Shown here piece by piece: positions 9,084 to 18,408 of a stretch of DNA of 64,000 bases. The notes under the pieces are model-generated. The model searched no databases and was not told the origin of the DNA. It saw only the letters and a program-made list of their open reading frames with translations. Made by a program: the position numbers and the translations under genes. The DNA comes from Candidatus Dojkabacteria bacterium (GTDB lineage: Bacteria; Patescibacteriota; Dojkabacteria; J137): the NCBI GenBank assembly GCA_030834985.1, contig JAUQWV010000002.1, positions 4,435-68,434 on the forward strand. The letters are read 5' to 3'. Every line of letters begins with the position of its first letter. The first letter of the stretch is position 1.

Positions 9084-12000
9084 TTGCACAACTGCTCATT
9101 GTATCTATTAGTGTATGCAATGATCGGCGTTAATATCTTTCGAACAGCGAAAATATTAATAGTACCCGCCTGGGTAATATTTTTATGTCTATTTATTTTT
9201 AATATTCAAAATAATCAAAAGGTTTACGCTGCCGCAAATAGTACAATCACAATTCAAGGAAAAATAGTAGATAAAACAAATGGTACTAACTTAACTTCTA
9301 CAAGCGCCGTATGCATAAATAACGGTGGAGCTGATAGCTGTAATATTAGAGTTAGCATTTATGATGATAACGATGGCGGTGCAAACTTGTTATGGCAGGA
9401 AATTCATGAAAATGTAGAACTAGGCGATACCGGCGGTATCTTCAGTCTATCTTTGAATTCTATTTGCAGCAGCTGGAGTAATCCTACCGGTTCATGTAGC
9501 GGTGATGGAATTTTATGGGGAGCGGCCGATCTTTATATAGAATTAGAAGTAGATACCGATGGCGATGATACTTTTGCTGAAGTATTCCCTGAAGCGCCGG
9601 AAGATCGGCCGCTATTCACCAGTGTTCCATATGCTTACTATGCAGATGTTGCGGGAAGTGTAGCTGCTAATAGTCTAGACTTTAGTGAATTTAAAGATTC
9701 CATGACTTTAGATGCTTCTACAGTAATAGGCCTGGGGGCTTCTGATTTCAATTTTACTTTATTAAATAATGGATCTGGTAATGTAGGAATTAACTTAACT
9801 TCTACCGGAAGCTTTAATGTACAAAGTAATGGGAGTCCTTTTGCAATCTTTAACAGTAGTGGCAGTGCAGATATACTAGGTGATCTATTCGCAGGTAGTG
9901 AAACAGCAGGAATTAAATTAAGCGGAACAACTATTTCTTCTGCATACGCACCTGATGTTGCAGGGCCAAGTGATATACCATTAACAGTTACTAGTACTGG
10001 TCTTTCGGTTCTAACTTTAAATGGACTAGATGGTATAAAGTTAACTGGTGGCAATGTAGCAGTCGGAACAGATCCTACTGCATTTAAATTTGCAGTTGTA
10101 GGTAGTAGTACCGGCCTTGCTCTTGTTAGAAGTACAGGAGCTAATAATGCTGAGCTGTGGATTGATAATGACGCTGGTGGTAATCAATCATCTATAAAGT
10201 TTGCCAATCAAGGAACAATGGCTTGGCAGATAGGAAAGCAAACAGATAATACTTTCTTTATTTACGACAGTGCTCATACCCGTAGTATATTAATTACTGA
10301 TACTTTAGGAAATTTATTATTAGCTCCAGCAGGGGGTACTATAGGTATTGGTACGTTTAGCCCTGCCGCTCTTTTGGATGTTCAGGGCGCTGCTGAAATC
10401 GGCAGTGGCAGTTTTACTTATCCTACAACTCCGGCTCAAGCTGGACTAACTCTTTATAATAGCTCGGCTGTGGGCAGATTAGTTATGAATGATGGTGACG
10501 GATACTTTAATCTATATGTGAATGCTTATAGAGATGCATCCAGTACAAAATACGCTGTCAGTTCTCAAGCTGCTTCGCGAATGCGAATGCATTTAGGTAC
10601 TATTGGTTTTGATGTAGCTGCAGCAGGCACTGCAGGTAATACAGTAACTTGGACAAGCGGCTTGAATATTAACGGTGCGGGTTATATTGGATTAGGAATA
10701 GATGCTACTCAAAAACTTGAGGTAAGTGGTGGAATTCAAATTCAAAATGGTAATATTATGTATTCAAAGAATTCTTCTGGAGGAGTAGAAGCTTTTCTGT
10801 GGCCAAGATGGACAGATAATGCAACTTACTTAAACTACGGATCGGCAGGATTCAATATTAGAAATAGCTCTAGTGTATCAACAATGTTTCTATCGCCAGC
10901 AGGAAATGTAGGAATCGGAACTTCAACAACAACTTACAAACTTAATATTACTGATACTATTTATTCTTCTAAATTACTGGCAACATTAGTAAATAGAACA
11001 GATGCTAAATTGCTGTTATATGATTTTGGAACTGAAAATTGGGCAGGAATTGGTGTTAATGGTAATGGAGATATACAATATAAAACAGGAACTTCAGGTT
11101 CAAACTATTTTGTAATGACAAATGCAGGGCGTTTTGCGGTAGGCCACATTAATCCATGTTCTCAACTTGCAGTTTCAAATACAACAATTCAAGGGGTAAT
11201 TGATGCAGGATGCCCAACTCTGTTTTCAGCAATAAAAGGTACCACCATTGCAAATAATGAAACTTTAACTGGAGTACTTACAAACCAACCTAATTCTAAT
11301 GCTTGGCATGCGTGGGCGGTGGCTACTAGCAATACAGGCGCTTTTGATTGGGAATATCGATTTTTAGGTAATGGTAATGCATTAGCAGATGGAGGATGGT
11401 CGGGAAGTGGTGCAGATGTTGCTGAGGTTTACACCATAAATGGACCTGGAGAACCTGGAGATCTAGTTAGTATTAGTACGGCTGAATTAGCCCAAAACAA
11501 TCCTGGCAAAACATTATTTATGAGTGTTGGAAAGCCGTATGACACTTTGATGACAGGTGTTATATCAACAAACCCTGGTTTAGTTGCAGGGATTGGAGGT
11601 GCCGAAAATATGATTGATCCTAATTTTCAATTACCAGAAAAGCCAGTGGCTTTATCAGGAAGAGTTCCCGTAAAAGTTAATCTTGAAAATGGTCCTATCA
11701 AAGCAGGTGATTTTTTAACATCTTCTTCTACTCCTGGCGTTGCTATGAAAGCAACAAAAACAGGAAGAGTACTTGGGCAGGCAATGGAAGATTACGATGG
11801 AAGCATTAAAATGTCTTTGGGTGTACTAGCAGTTGAAGAAGAAAGATTAAACCTTTCTGCAGAATATTTACCTTTAAACCAACCACAAGAAGGGGTAGGT
11901 AAAATAATGGTGTTTGTTAATTTGTCTTGGTATATACCAGAAATACTTGAAGGAGCAACCTTAGCTGAAAATTGCTTAGATAATTCTACTGATTGTACTT

Positions 12001-12389
12001 TAGATAGTAATTATCCTAGTATTGTTAACATTAATGATAGCTCAATAGATGCAGATAAATTACATTTAGCATTATCGTTAACGGACTTAATTTCAATACA
12101 AGAAAATAGTATTGTGATATCGGGTAACCTAATTGCTGATATCGTTCAAGTTAAACAAATCAATATATCTTCCAATCGAGTTGGCAGCTTTACAATAAAT
12201 TCAGAGCAAACAAGTTATCAAGTAGATATTACGGGTATTACAGAAAGCTCAAAAGTTATCCTAACTCCAAAATCACAAGTTGTAAGCGGAACTACTTATT
12301 GGGTAGAAAATTATACCGATAGGTTTATAGTAAAGCTTAGTACACCTGCAACAAACTCACTAACCTTTGATTACATAGTGTTGAATTAG
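9084..12389 (+). CDS. Very large secreted protein (1101 aa) with Gly-rich (G)xIGIGT-type repeats reminiscent of tail-fibre/adhesin repeats
   Basis: A signal-like segment is followed by a long ORF with repeated motifs GNVGIGTST, GTIGIGTFSP, GYIGLGIDATQKLEV. The true start may be the internal Met near 9120. Confidence 0.5.
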   Translation: MHNCSLYLLVYAMIGVNIFRTAKILIVPAWVIFLCLFIFNIQNNQKVYAAANSTITIQGKIVDKTNGTNLTSTSAVCINNGGADSCNIRVSIYDDNDGGANLLWQEIHENVELGDTGGIFSLSLNSICSSWSNPTGSCSGDGILWGAADLYIELEVDTDGDDTFAEVFPEAPEDRPLFTSVPYAYYADVAGSVAANSLDFSEFKDSMTLDASTVIGLGASDFNFTLLNNGSGNVGINLTSTGSFNVQSNGSPFAIFNSSGSADILGDLFAGSETAGIKLSGTTISSAYAPDVAGPSDIPLTVTSTGLSVLTLNGLDGIKLTGGNVAVGTDPTAFKFAVVGSSTGLALVRSTGANNAELWIDNDAGGNQSSIKFANQGTMAWQIGKQTDNTFFIYDSAHTRSILITDTLGNLLLAPAGGTIGIGTFSPAALLDVQGAAEIGSGSFTYPTTPAQAGLTLYNSSAVGRLVMNDGDGYFNLYVNAYRDASSTKYAVSSQAASRMRMHLGTIGFDVAAAGTAGNTVTWTSGLNINGAGYIGLGIDATQKLEVSGGIQIQNGNIMYSKNSSGGVEAFLWPRWTDNATYLNYGSAGFNIRNSSSVSTMFLSPAGNVGIGTSTTTYKLNITDTIYSSKLLATLVNRTDAKLLLYDFGTENWAGIGVNGNGDIQYKTGTSGSNYFVMTNAGRFAVGHINPCSQLAVSNTTIQGVIDAGCPTLFSAIKGTTIANNETLTGVLTNQPNSNAWHAWAVATSNTGAFDWEYRFLGNGNALADGGWSGSGADVAEVYTINGPGEPGDLVSISTAELAQNNPGKTLFMSVGKPYDTLMTGVISTNPGLVAGIGGAENMIDPNFQLPEKPVALSGRVPVKVNLENGPIKAGDFLTSSSTPGVAMKATKTGRVLGQAMEDYDGSIKMSLGVLAVEEERLNLSAEYLPLNQPQEGVGKIMVFVNLSWYIPEILEGATLAENCLDNSTDCTLDSNYPSIVNINDSSIDADKLHLALSLTDLISIQENSIVISGNLIADIVQVKQINISSNRVGSFTINSEQTSYQVDITGITESSKVILTPKSQVVSGTTYWVENYTDRFIVKLSTPATNSLTFDYIVLN

Positions 12390-12757
12390 TCTGCAAGAAC
12401 GGGAGCAAAGCTTACAATTTTATTTTCACTCTCTCGATAAATTATTGCCATAGATGTATAAATAATTAGTGTATCCCCATCTAATGCATTTTTATAGAAT
12501 TCAGGATTTCCGGATTTTAATTTTTGAACATCTTTTATAGTTGCAATTGTAGGGTCTTTTTCGTTAGGTAAAATCATTATTTGCGATAATTTTTCTAAAA
12601 CTGATTTGGAACTATTTGCATTGTATGTAATTTGTAATTGATTTATATAGTCAGGATTCGCAATATTATTTTTTAAAGTTATATAGTCGTAAAAAAAGTA
12701 GGCAACAATAAATAAAGTTAATAAAATCGCTGCCAATATAAAATGTTTTTTATTCAT
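12386..12757 (-). CDS. Small N-terminally membrane-anchored protein carrying one copy of an NPEFYK-containing domain
   Basis: It has an N-terminal TM and a C-terminal segment GNPEFYKNALDGDTLIIYTSMAIIYRESENKIV similar to both halves of the divergent neighbour 12826..13560. Confidence 0.45.
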   Translation of the reverse strand: MNKKHFILAAILLTLFIVAYFFYDYITLKNNIANPDYINQLQITYNANSSKSVLEKLSQIMILPNEKDPTIATIKDVQKLKSGNPEFYKNALDGDTLIIYTSMAIIYRESENKIVSFAPVLAD

Positions 12758-12825
12758 ATTATTAAAAGTATAACCTGAACAACTTTTTGTTTGAATAAAT
12801 TTTATCTTTAATATATTCTAATAGT

Positions 12826-13560
12826 ATGCAAATCCAAACTGATTTAGACAATACACTTAAGCGAAGCCAACAGCCTTCTTATTCTCAAATTACAAGATCA
12901 GCAGGTAAAAGATTAACTTCATTACGTTTGAACAAAAGTACTTTTAATCAAATTTTAAATAATAGAGCATTGCTAATTGTTATTATTGTATTGCAGATAA
13001 TAATAATAGTTTTGTTATTTGTTAATCCTATCTCTTTAATTCAAGAGTATAGAAATCAACAGATAATAGAACAAGTTGCTGCTAAAACAGATATCGACTC
13101 TTCTGAAACTCCACTAGTTGCTGAAATTACCGATATAGCTTCACTCAAAGCTGCAAACGATATACAAGCTCAAGTATATAAAGATGCACAAAATGGTGAT
13201 TACGTTCTGGGATATACAAACAAAATGATTATATTTAGACCAAGCACTCAAGCTATAATCTATGAAGGTGATAATCCGAATGACCTATTAACGAAAGCTC
13301 AAGAGAAAGTTATTGAGGATATTATAAGAGTAGCTAAAGAACAAAATTTACTTCCTGCAGAATCAACTGAAACTCCTCAAATATCAATAGTTACAGATAC
13401 TAGGGCATTACAGCAGTCAAATCCAGAATTCTATAAAGTTGCCAGAAATAACGATTTGATTGCCTTATTCCCCGCTCACCAGCTTATTATCCTTTATAAC
13501 CAGGAAACAAGTTCGATAATAAATTCAGGTAGTTACTCCACAACAATAAACGGCTTTTAA
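12826..13560 (+). CDS. Membrane-anchored protein with two tandem copies of the same NPEFYK-type domain
   Basis: It has an internal TM (ALLIVIIVLQIIIIVLLFV) and two repeated segments (AQVYKDAQNGDYVLGYTNKMIIFRPSTQAIIYEG and NPEFYKVARNNDLIALFPAHQLIILYNQETSSIIN). Confidence 0.45.
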   Translation: MQIQTDLDNTLKRSQQPSYSQITRSAGKRLTSLRLNKSTFNQILNNRALLIVIIVLQIIIIVLLFVNPISLIQEYRNQQIIEQVAAKTDIDSSETPLVAEITDIASLKAANDIQAQVYKDAQNGDYVLGYTNKMIIFRPSTQAIIYEGDNPNDLLTKAQEKVIEDIIRVAKEQNLLPAESTETPQISIVTDTRALQQSNPEFYKVARNNDLIALFPAHQLIILYNQETSSIINSGSYSTTINGF

Positions 13561-13621
13561 AATTCATACTTCTAGCTTGTGTAAATGCTTAGTGCATAAA
13601 ATAATGCTAAAATTCTAGAGT

Positions 13622-14146
13622 ATGAGAAAGATATTGCAGTATGGGAGTCCAATACTAGAAACGCCGTCTAAGCCGGTAAAAAATATTAATGCTCCCGAAG
13701 TCCAAAATATAATCAATGAGATGTTAAAGATCTTAAAAGTAGAAGCCGACCGAAGTGCCGGTTTGTCTGCACCTCAAATAGGGGAATTACTAAATATTGC
13801 TATTTGCAGAAGAACAGATTTAGAAAATGATGACTTAAATACAAAACCATCTTTAATAGAATGGGAGGTTATGATTAATCCTAAGATTTTGTCTAAATCT
13901 AAAGAGAAATCAATAAATTGGGAAGGCTGCTTAAGTGTTAATGATGGTGATTTGTTTGGTCGTGTAGAGCGGCCACAGGAAATAGAGGTTGAATATATAG
14001 ATATTGCAGGTAAGCCAAAAAAGTTAGGAGCAAGCGGATTTTTTTCGCATGTTGTTCAGCACGAGGTGGATCATTTAAAGGGAATTTTATTTTTAAAGTA
14101 TATTCCAGATCCAACCGAGCTTTATACTTCAGATGAACTTGAATAA
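13622..14146 (+). CDS. def: Peptide deformylase
   Basis: The three PDF motifs are present: GLSAPQIG, EGCLSV and HEVDHLKG (metal-binding HExxH). Confidence 0.9.
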   Translation: MRKILQYGSPILETPSKPVKNINAPEVQNIINEMLKILKVEADRSAGLSAPQIGELLNIAICRRTDLENDDLNTKPSLIEWEVMINPKILSKSKEKSINWEGCLSVNDGDLFGRVERPQEIEVEYIDIAGKPKKLGASGFFSHVVQHEVDHLKGILFLKYIPDPTELYTSDELE

Positions 14147-15588
14147 TGACAAGCATTGATTTCAAAAATAAAATTCCCGACTATGTAACAAAGGTCGCGA
14201 ATAGACTTATCGAAAACGGCTATGAAGCATACTTAGTTGGAGGGTCTATTCGCGACATCATCACCGGTAAAACTCCAGATGATTTTGATATTGCTACTAA
14301 CGCATACCCTGAGCAAATTACTAAAATATTTGATAAGTCTATTCCTACAGGAGCAAAATTCGGAACAATAACAGTAATTTCAGAAGATGCACATGGTGAA
14401 AAATTTGATGTTGAAGTTACAACTTACAGATCTGAAGCTGATTATGTAGGCGGTCGATGGCCAAGCAGAGTAGAGTTTGCTCGTTCAATTGATGAAGATC
14501 TATCAAGGCGTGATTTTACAATTAATGCAATTGCTTTAAATTTAGATGAGTCAAACAATTTTCAGATTGTTGATCCGTTTAATGGTCTTGAAGATATCAA
14601 TAATAAAATAATTAGAGCAGTCGGTAATCCAATCGATAGATTTGAAGAAGATGGTTTAAGAGCTGTTAGGGCTTGTAGATTAGCTTCTCAGTTAAATTTT
14701 ACTATCGAGCAAGCCACATTCGATGCAATTAAACAAACACTTCATGTTACAAAATTAGTATCGATTGAAAGATTTCGAGACGAACTTTTAAAATTGTTAT
14801 ATAAATCACCCAAACCATCTGTTGGATTAAGATTGTTAAAAGAGAGCGGAATCCTACAATTATTTATACCGGAACTTTTAGAAGGAGTTGATGTTACTCA
14901 GCCAGAATTCCATTCTAATGATGTTTTTGAACATTCGATATTAACAGTTGATGAAGCTGAAGATTCAATTAAGCTTGCAGCACTTTTTCACGATATCGGT
15001 AAACCAAGAACAATAAGTAAAGATGAAAAAGGTACACACTTTTATGGTCATGATATTGCTGGAGCTGAAATCACTAAAGAGGTAATGAAAAGGCTAAAGT
15101 TTCCAAATATAGAAATTGATAGAACTGTTAAATTAGTAAGATGGCATATGTTCTATTACCCATCTGCAGACTGGCGTAAATCAGAAGAGGAAGCTAAAGG
15201 TGCAGAGCATGGCTGGACTGATGGAGCTATTAGAAGATTAATTCAAAATGTAGGCGGTGAAGAAGCTATTGATGATTTGTTAAAGCTAAGAATTGCTGAT
15301 CAATTGTCTAATAAAAAATATCAATTTGATCAAGAAGAGTTAGATGCTATTACTAGAAGAATTGCAGATGTAAGAGCAAAAGAAATGGCATTAAAGATTT
15401 CAGACTTAGATATTACTGGTAATGATCTAATTGAAAACTTTGATATCCCTGCTGGGCCTATAGTTGGGCAAACTCTAAAATTTTTACTTGAAAAAGTAAT
15501 AGATGAGCCGGGTTTAAATAAGAAAGTAGACCTATTAATCTTAGCCAAGGAGTATTTAACAAAAAACAATTTTTTGACTTCACACTAA
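14146..15588 (+). CDS. cca: CCA-adding tRNA nucleotidyltransferase (class II polbeta NTase + HD domain)
   Basis: It has GGSIRD...DFDIAT nucleotidyltransferase motifs and an HD motif LFHDIGKP. Its start overlaps the def stop (ATGA). Confidence 0.85.
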   Translation: MTSIDFKNKIPDYVTKVANRLIENGYEAYLVGGSIRDIITGKTPDDFDIATNAYPEQITKIFDKSIPTGAKFGTITVISEDAHGEKFDVEVTTYRSEADYVGGRWPSRVEFARSIDEDLSRRDFTINAIALNLDESNNFQIVDPFNGLEDINNKIIRAVGNPIDRFEEDGLRAVRACRLASQLNFTIEQATFDAIKQTLHVTKLVSIERFRDELLKLLYKSPKPSVGLRLLKESGILQLFIPELLEGVDVTQPEFHSNDVFEHSILTVDEAEDSIKLAALFHDIGKPRTISKDEKGTHFYGHDIAGAEITKEVMKRLKFPNIEIDRTVKLVRWHMFYYPSADWRKSEEEAKGAEHGWTDGAIRRLIQNVGGEEAIDDLLKLRIADQLSNKKYQFDQEELDAITRRIADVRAKEMALKISDLDITGNDLIENFDIPAGPIVGQTLKFLLEKVIDEPGLNKKVDLLILAKEYLTKNNFLTSH

Positions 15589-15632
15589 ATTTATATTAAC
15601 TTAGTATTTGTATAAATTAGTTTTTTTAGACA

Positions 15633-16238
15633 ATGAAATCACACTGTAAAGTTTTAGGATTTTTCTCTTTCTTAGTATTTGCAGTGTTAGCGGTTTTCCC
15701 ATTCAGTAGAGTTTTGGCAGTAACAATGAATCCAAGCAGCGGTAACTATTACCCAGGTACCCAGCTTACAATTAATGTTACCGCTGCCCCAACTGGCGCT
15801 AATTCCAATGCAGTAGCAATAAGATTAGCAGTAACAGGAGCTACAGTAGTATCTTTTGTTCCAGTTTCTGGAGGTGCATGGGTTGGGGCTACAGCTGATT
15901 GTGCAGGTTCATCGCATTATACATCTACAACAGTTTGCTCAAGTTTAGCCAAAGTTAGCACTATTGTAGCTGGCGAAACTTTAGGTACATTAGTAATTCA
16001 ACTTCCTGCAACTCCGGGAACAGTTACCATAGAAAGAACTGCTGGTAACGAATATTCAAACGGTTTAACTTCATTTCCAAGCACAGGTACTGCTGCATCA
16101 TTTACAGTAAGTACATCTGGAGTACTACCCAATACAGCAATAACAGACACCCACGGATTAATAATAGTTATGGTAAGTATCTTACTTGTAGCTACCGGGT
16201 TTGTTCTTATAAAACTAAAACCATTAAATCAAAATTAA
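15633..16238 (+). CDS. Secreted/anchored hypothetical protein; N-terminal domain paralogous to the next gene
   Basis: It has a signal peptide, a shared motif DCAGSSHYTSTTVCSSLAKVSTIVAGETLGTLVIQ (vs DCNNGESYFTADSVCLSLAKTTHITQDELIGVLSVK in the next gene), and a C-terminal TM (LIIVMVSILLVATGFVLIKL). Confidence 0.5.
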   Translation: MKSHCKVLGFFSFLVFAVLAVFPFSRVLAVTMNPSSGNYYPGTQLTINVTAAPTGANSNAVAIRLAVTGATVVSFVPVSGGAWVGATADCAGSSHYTSTTVCSSLAKVSTIVAGETLGTLVIQLPATPGTVTIERTAGNEYSNGLTSFPSTGTAASFTVSTSGVLPNTAITDTHGLIIVMVSILLVATGFVLIKLKPLNQN

Positions 16239-16248
16239 TCTTACTTTT

Positions 16249-18231
16249 ATGATAAAAAAAGCCTTTCTTTTTTCGATTGGATTATTGGTACTTGTACCAG
16301 GAGTTCTGGTAAATGCATTAAGAATTGATCCAGTAAGTGGTCTTTTTGACGCTGAAACAGTAGTTGAGGCTAAATTGTATGCAACTCCTTTTGCTGACGA
16401 TCAGAATGGATTAAGCGTTATGTTAAGCATTACTGGAGGTGAGTTTGTAGACTTCGTTCCTGAAAGTAATCCTGAATGGATGGCATTAACTAAAGATTGT
16501 AATAATGGCGAAAGCTACTTTACTGCAGATTCAGTTTGCTTGTCATTAGCAAAAACTACTCATATTACCCAAGATGAATTGATTGGTGTATTAAGTGTTA
16601 AAGTTAGCGGAACTGAACAAACAAAGATAGTTAAAGTAGAAGGTACTAAATATACAAATGGAGTAGACACAGTCGAGAGCTTAGGCGATGCTGCGTTGTA
16701 TTTCACACCACAAATGTTATTAGATGTTCCGGTATCAGCTCCAACAGATGAGGAGCAAGTTACACCATCTTCAGACACAGCGTTATTAGTACTAGGTTTT
16801 ATCCTGTTAGTTGTTATAGCTCTTTTAGTAGGAGGCTACATTATTTTAAGAAAAAGAAATGTAAATTTAAGAAGATTAAGTTCTTCAGGAAAAGTAGTCG
16901 CAATTATTATGTCACTTGTAGTTTTAGGAGTATCTACGGTAGCAGTTGGAATAGCTGTAACAAATAATCAGGCTCCTGAAGAAAGTGCTGCTATGGGTGG
17001 AGGTGGCGGAGGAGGAGGTGGTGGTGCTCAAATTTCTTTCTGTAATACAGGAGCAGGTTGTAGTGTTGATATTTCTACTTGTCCTTCAAATATGGAATTA
17101 GATTCTTCAAAGTCAACATGCAGAATATCAGTTAGTGGTGGCTCTGTAAGAAACGGAATATGTTGTAAACCTAAAGTGACTGATCCTTGCCCAGGAAAAG
17201 GCTACTGTTCTGATCCTAAAAGTGGAAATACATGTACCCCGTCCAATCCAGCAAACTCTGTAAGTACATCCTTGTGTAGCTATGGTGCAAAATGCTGTCC
17301 TGTAGCTCAGGGATCTGGCAATGAAGGTGGTGGAAATCAAGGCCCAGGTAATGAAGGAGGTGGTGATCAGGGAGGTGGAGATACAGGAGGTAGTTCATCT
17401 GGAGGCGGGCAAACATCAACACCTAGAAAAGCTGTATGCGGTGAATCATGTAATACAGATGCTGATTGTGCAACTTCAGGATTTGGCGTAACCGTAGTAT
17501 GTAATGCAAATAAAAAGTGTGCAAGCCCTGCTTGTCCAAATGATACTGAACCTGGCACTTTGTGTGGTTGTAAAACAGCGGCTGGAAAGTGCGGTGATAG
17601 ATGCGGAATCTGGAGTGATGGCTTCCAGCCGCTATGTGGTGACGGTATTAGTACATGTAGCTGGATAAATGGTCCAACCTGTGGTGGTAATAATAAAACT
17701 TATTGTTTACCAATAACAGTGACAGGTGGTTTCCAAAAAAGAAATTGTACACAAGAATCTGGATATCAATATATTGTTGACGCACAAGGTAATGTTGTTA
17801 CAACTCAAGCTCAGATTAGTCAGTTGTGTAACCCTGTAACTCCAAAGACAACTTGTTACAGATGTACATTATCCACTTCTGACGCCAACACTTGCGAATC
17901 TCAGCAAGTTGATGGAACTAGTTGTCCATCAGGCTGGACTACGAATTCTAACTGTGCTCAAGCTTCCGGAGGCAGTTGCTCGACTGATACAATTCCTATT
18001 GATCCAGATGAACCAGCAGCAGAATGCGGAAATATAGACTCAGACGGTGATGGCAAATTAACAGTTATTGACTTTGCAAGCTTTGCACAGAATTACAATA
18101 AGAGTTGTTCGAATTCAGGCTTTACACCTAACTCTTGTGGTAGTAGAGATACTAATAATGACGGTAAAATCGATATTGTAGATTTTGCTAGTTTTGCCAA
18201 TAGGTACGATAAACCATCGTGTGCAATTTAA
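16249..18231 (+). CDS. Membrane-spanning Cys-rich secreted protein with poly-Gly linker and C-terminal tandem dockerin-like Ca-binding repeats
   Basis: A signal peptide is followed by the domain shared with 15633, two TM helices and G11 (MGGGGGGGGGGAQ). Then comes a >350-aa Cys-rich region (about 60 Cys) and a C-terminus DSDGDGKLTVIDFASFAQNY...DTNNDGKIDIVDFASFANRY matching the DxNxDGxIxxxD dockerin/EF-hand-like loop twice. Confidence 0.55.
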   Translation: MIKKAFLFSIGLLVLVPGVLVNALRIDPVSGLFDAETVVEAKLYATPFADDQNGLSVMLSITGGEFVDFVPESNPEWMALTKDCNNGESYFTADSVCLSLAKTTHITQDELIGVLSVKVSGTEQTKIVKVEGTKYTNGVDTVESLGDAALYFTPQMLLDVPVSAPTDEEQVTPSSDTALLVLGFILLVVIALLVGGYIILRKRNVNLRRLSSSGKVVAIIMSLVVLGVSTVAVGIAVTNNQAPEESAAMGGGGGGGGGGAQISFCNTGAGCSVDISTCPSNMELDSSKSTCRISVSGGSVRNGICCKPKVTDPCPGKGYCSDPKSGNTCTPSNPANSVSTSLCSYGAKCCPVAQGSGNEGGGNQGPGNEGGGDQGGGDTGGSSSGGGQTSTPRKAVCGESCNTDADCATSGFGVTVVCNANKKCASPACPNDTEPGTLCGCKTAAGKCGDRCGIWSDGFQPLCGDGISTCSWINGPTCGGNNKTYCLPITVTGGFQKRNCTQESGYQYIVDAQGNVVTTQAQISQLCNPVTPKTTCYRCTLSTSDANTCESQQVDGTSCPSGWTTNSNCAQASGGSCSTDTIPIDPDEPAAECGNIDSDGDGKLTVIDFASFAQNYNKSCSNSGFTPNSCGSRDTNNDGKIDIVDFASFANRYDKPSCAI

Positions 18232-18408
18232 ATACAATTTGCTTAGGGTAATAAAATAGAATATAATTCTATAGGGCTTATAAAGCGAAGGAAGGTAAAA
18301 AGGTATAACACCTGCCAATCTTCGGTAAAGTTGTAAATTTTTGTTTCTCTTCGTTAGTTAAGCCTTATAGGCAATCCCTATACGTTTTTATATTTTTATA
18401 AGTTTATT

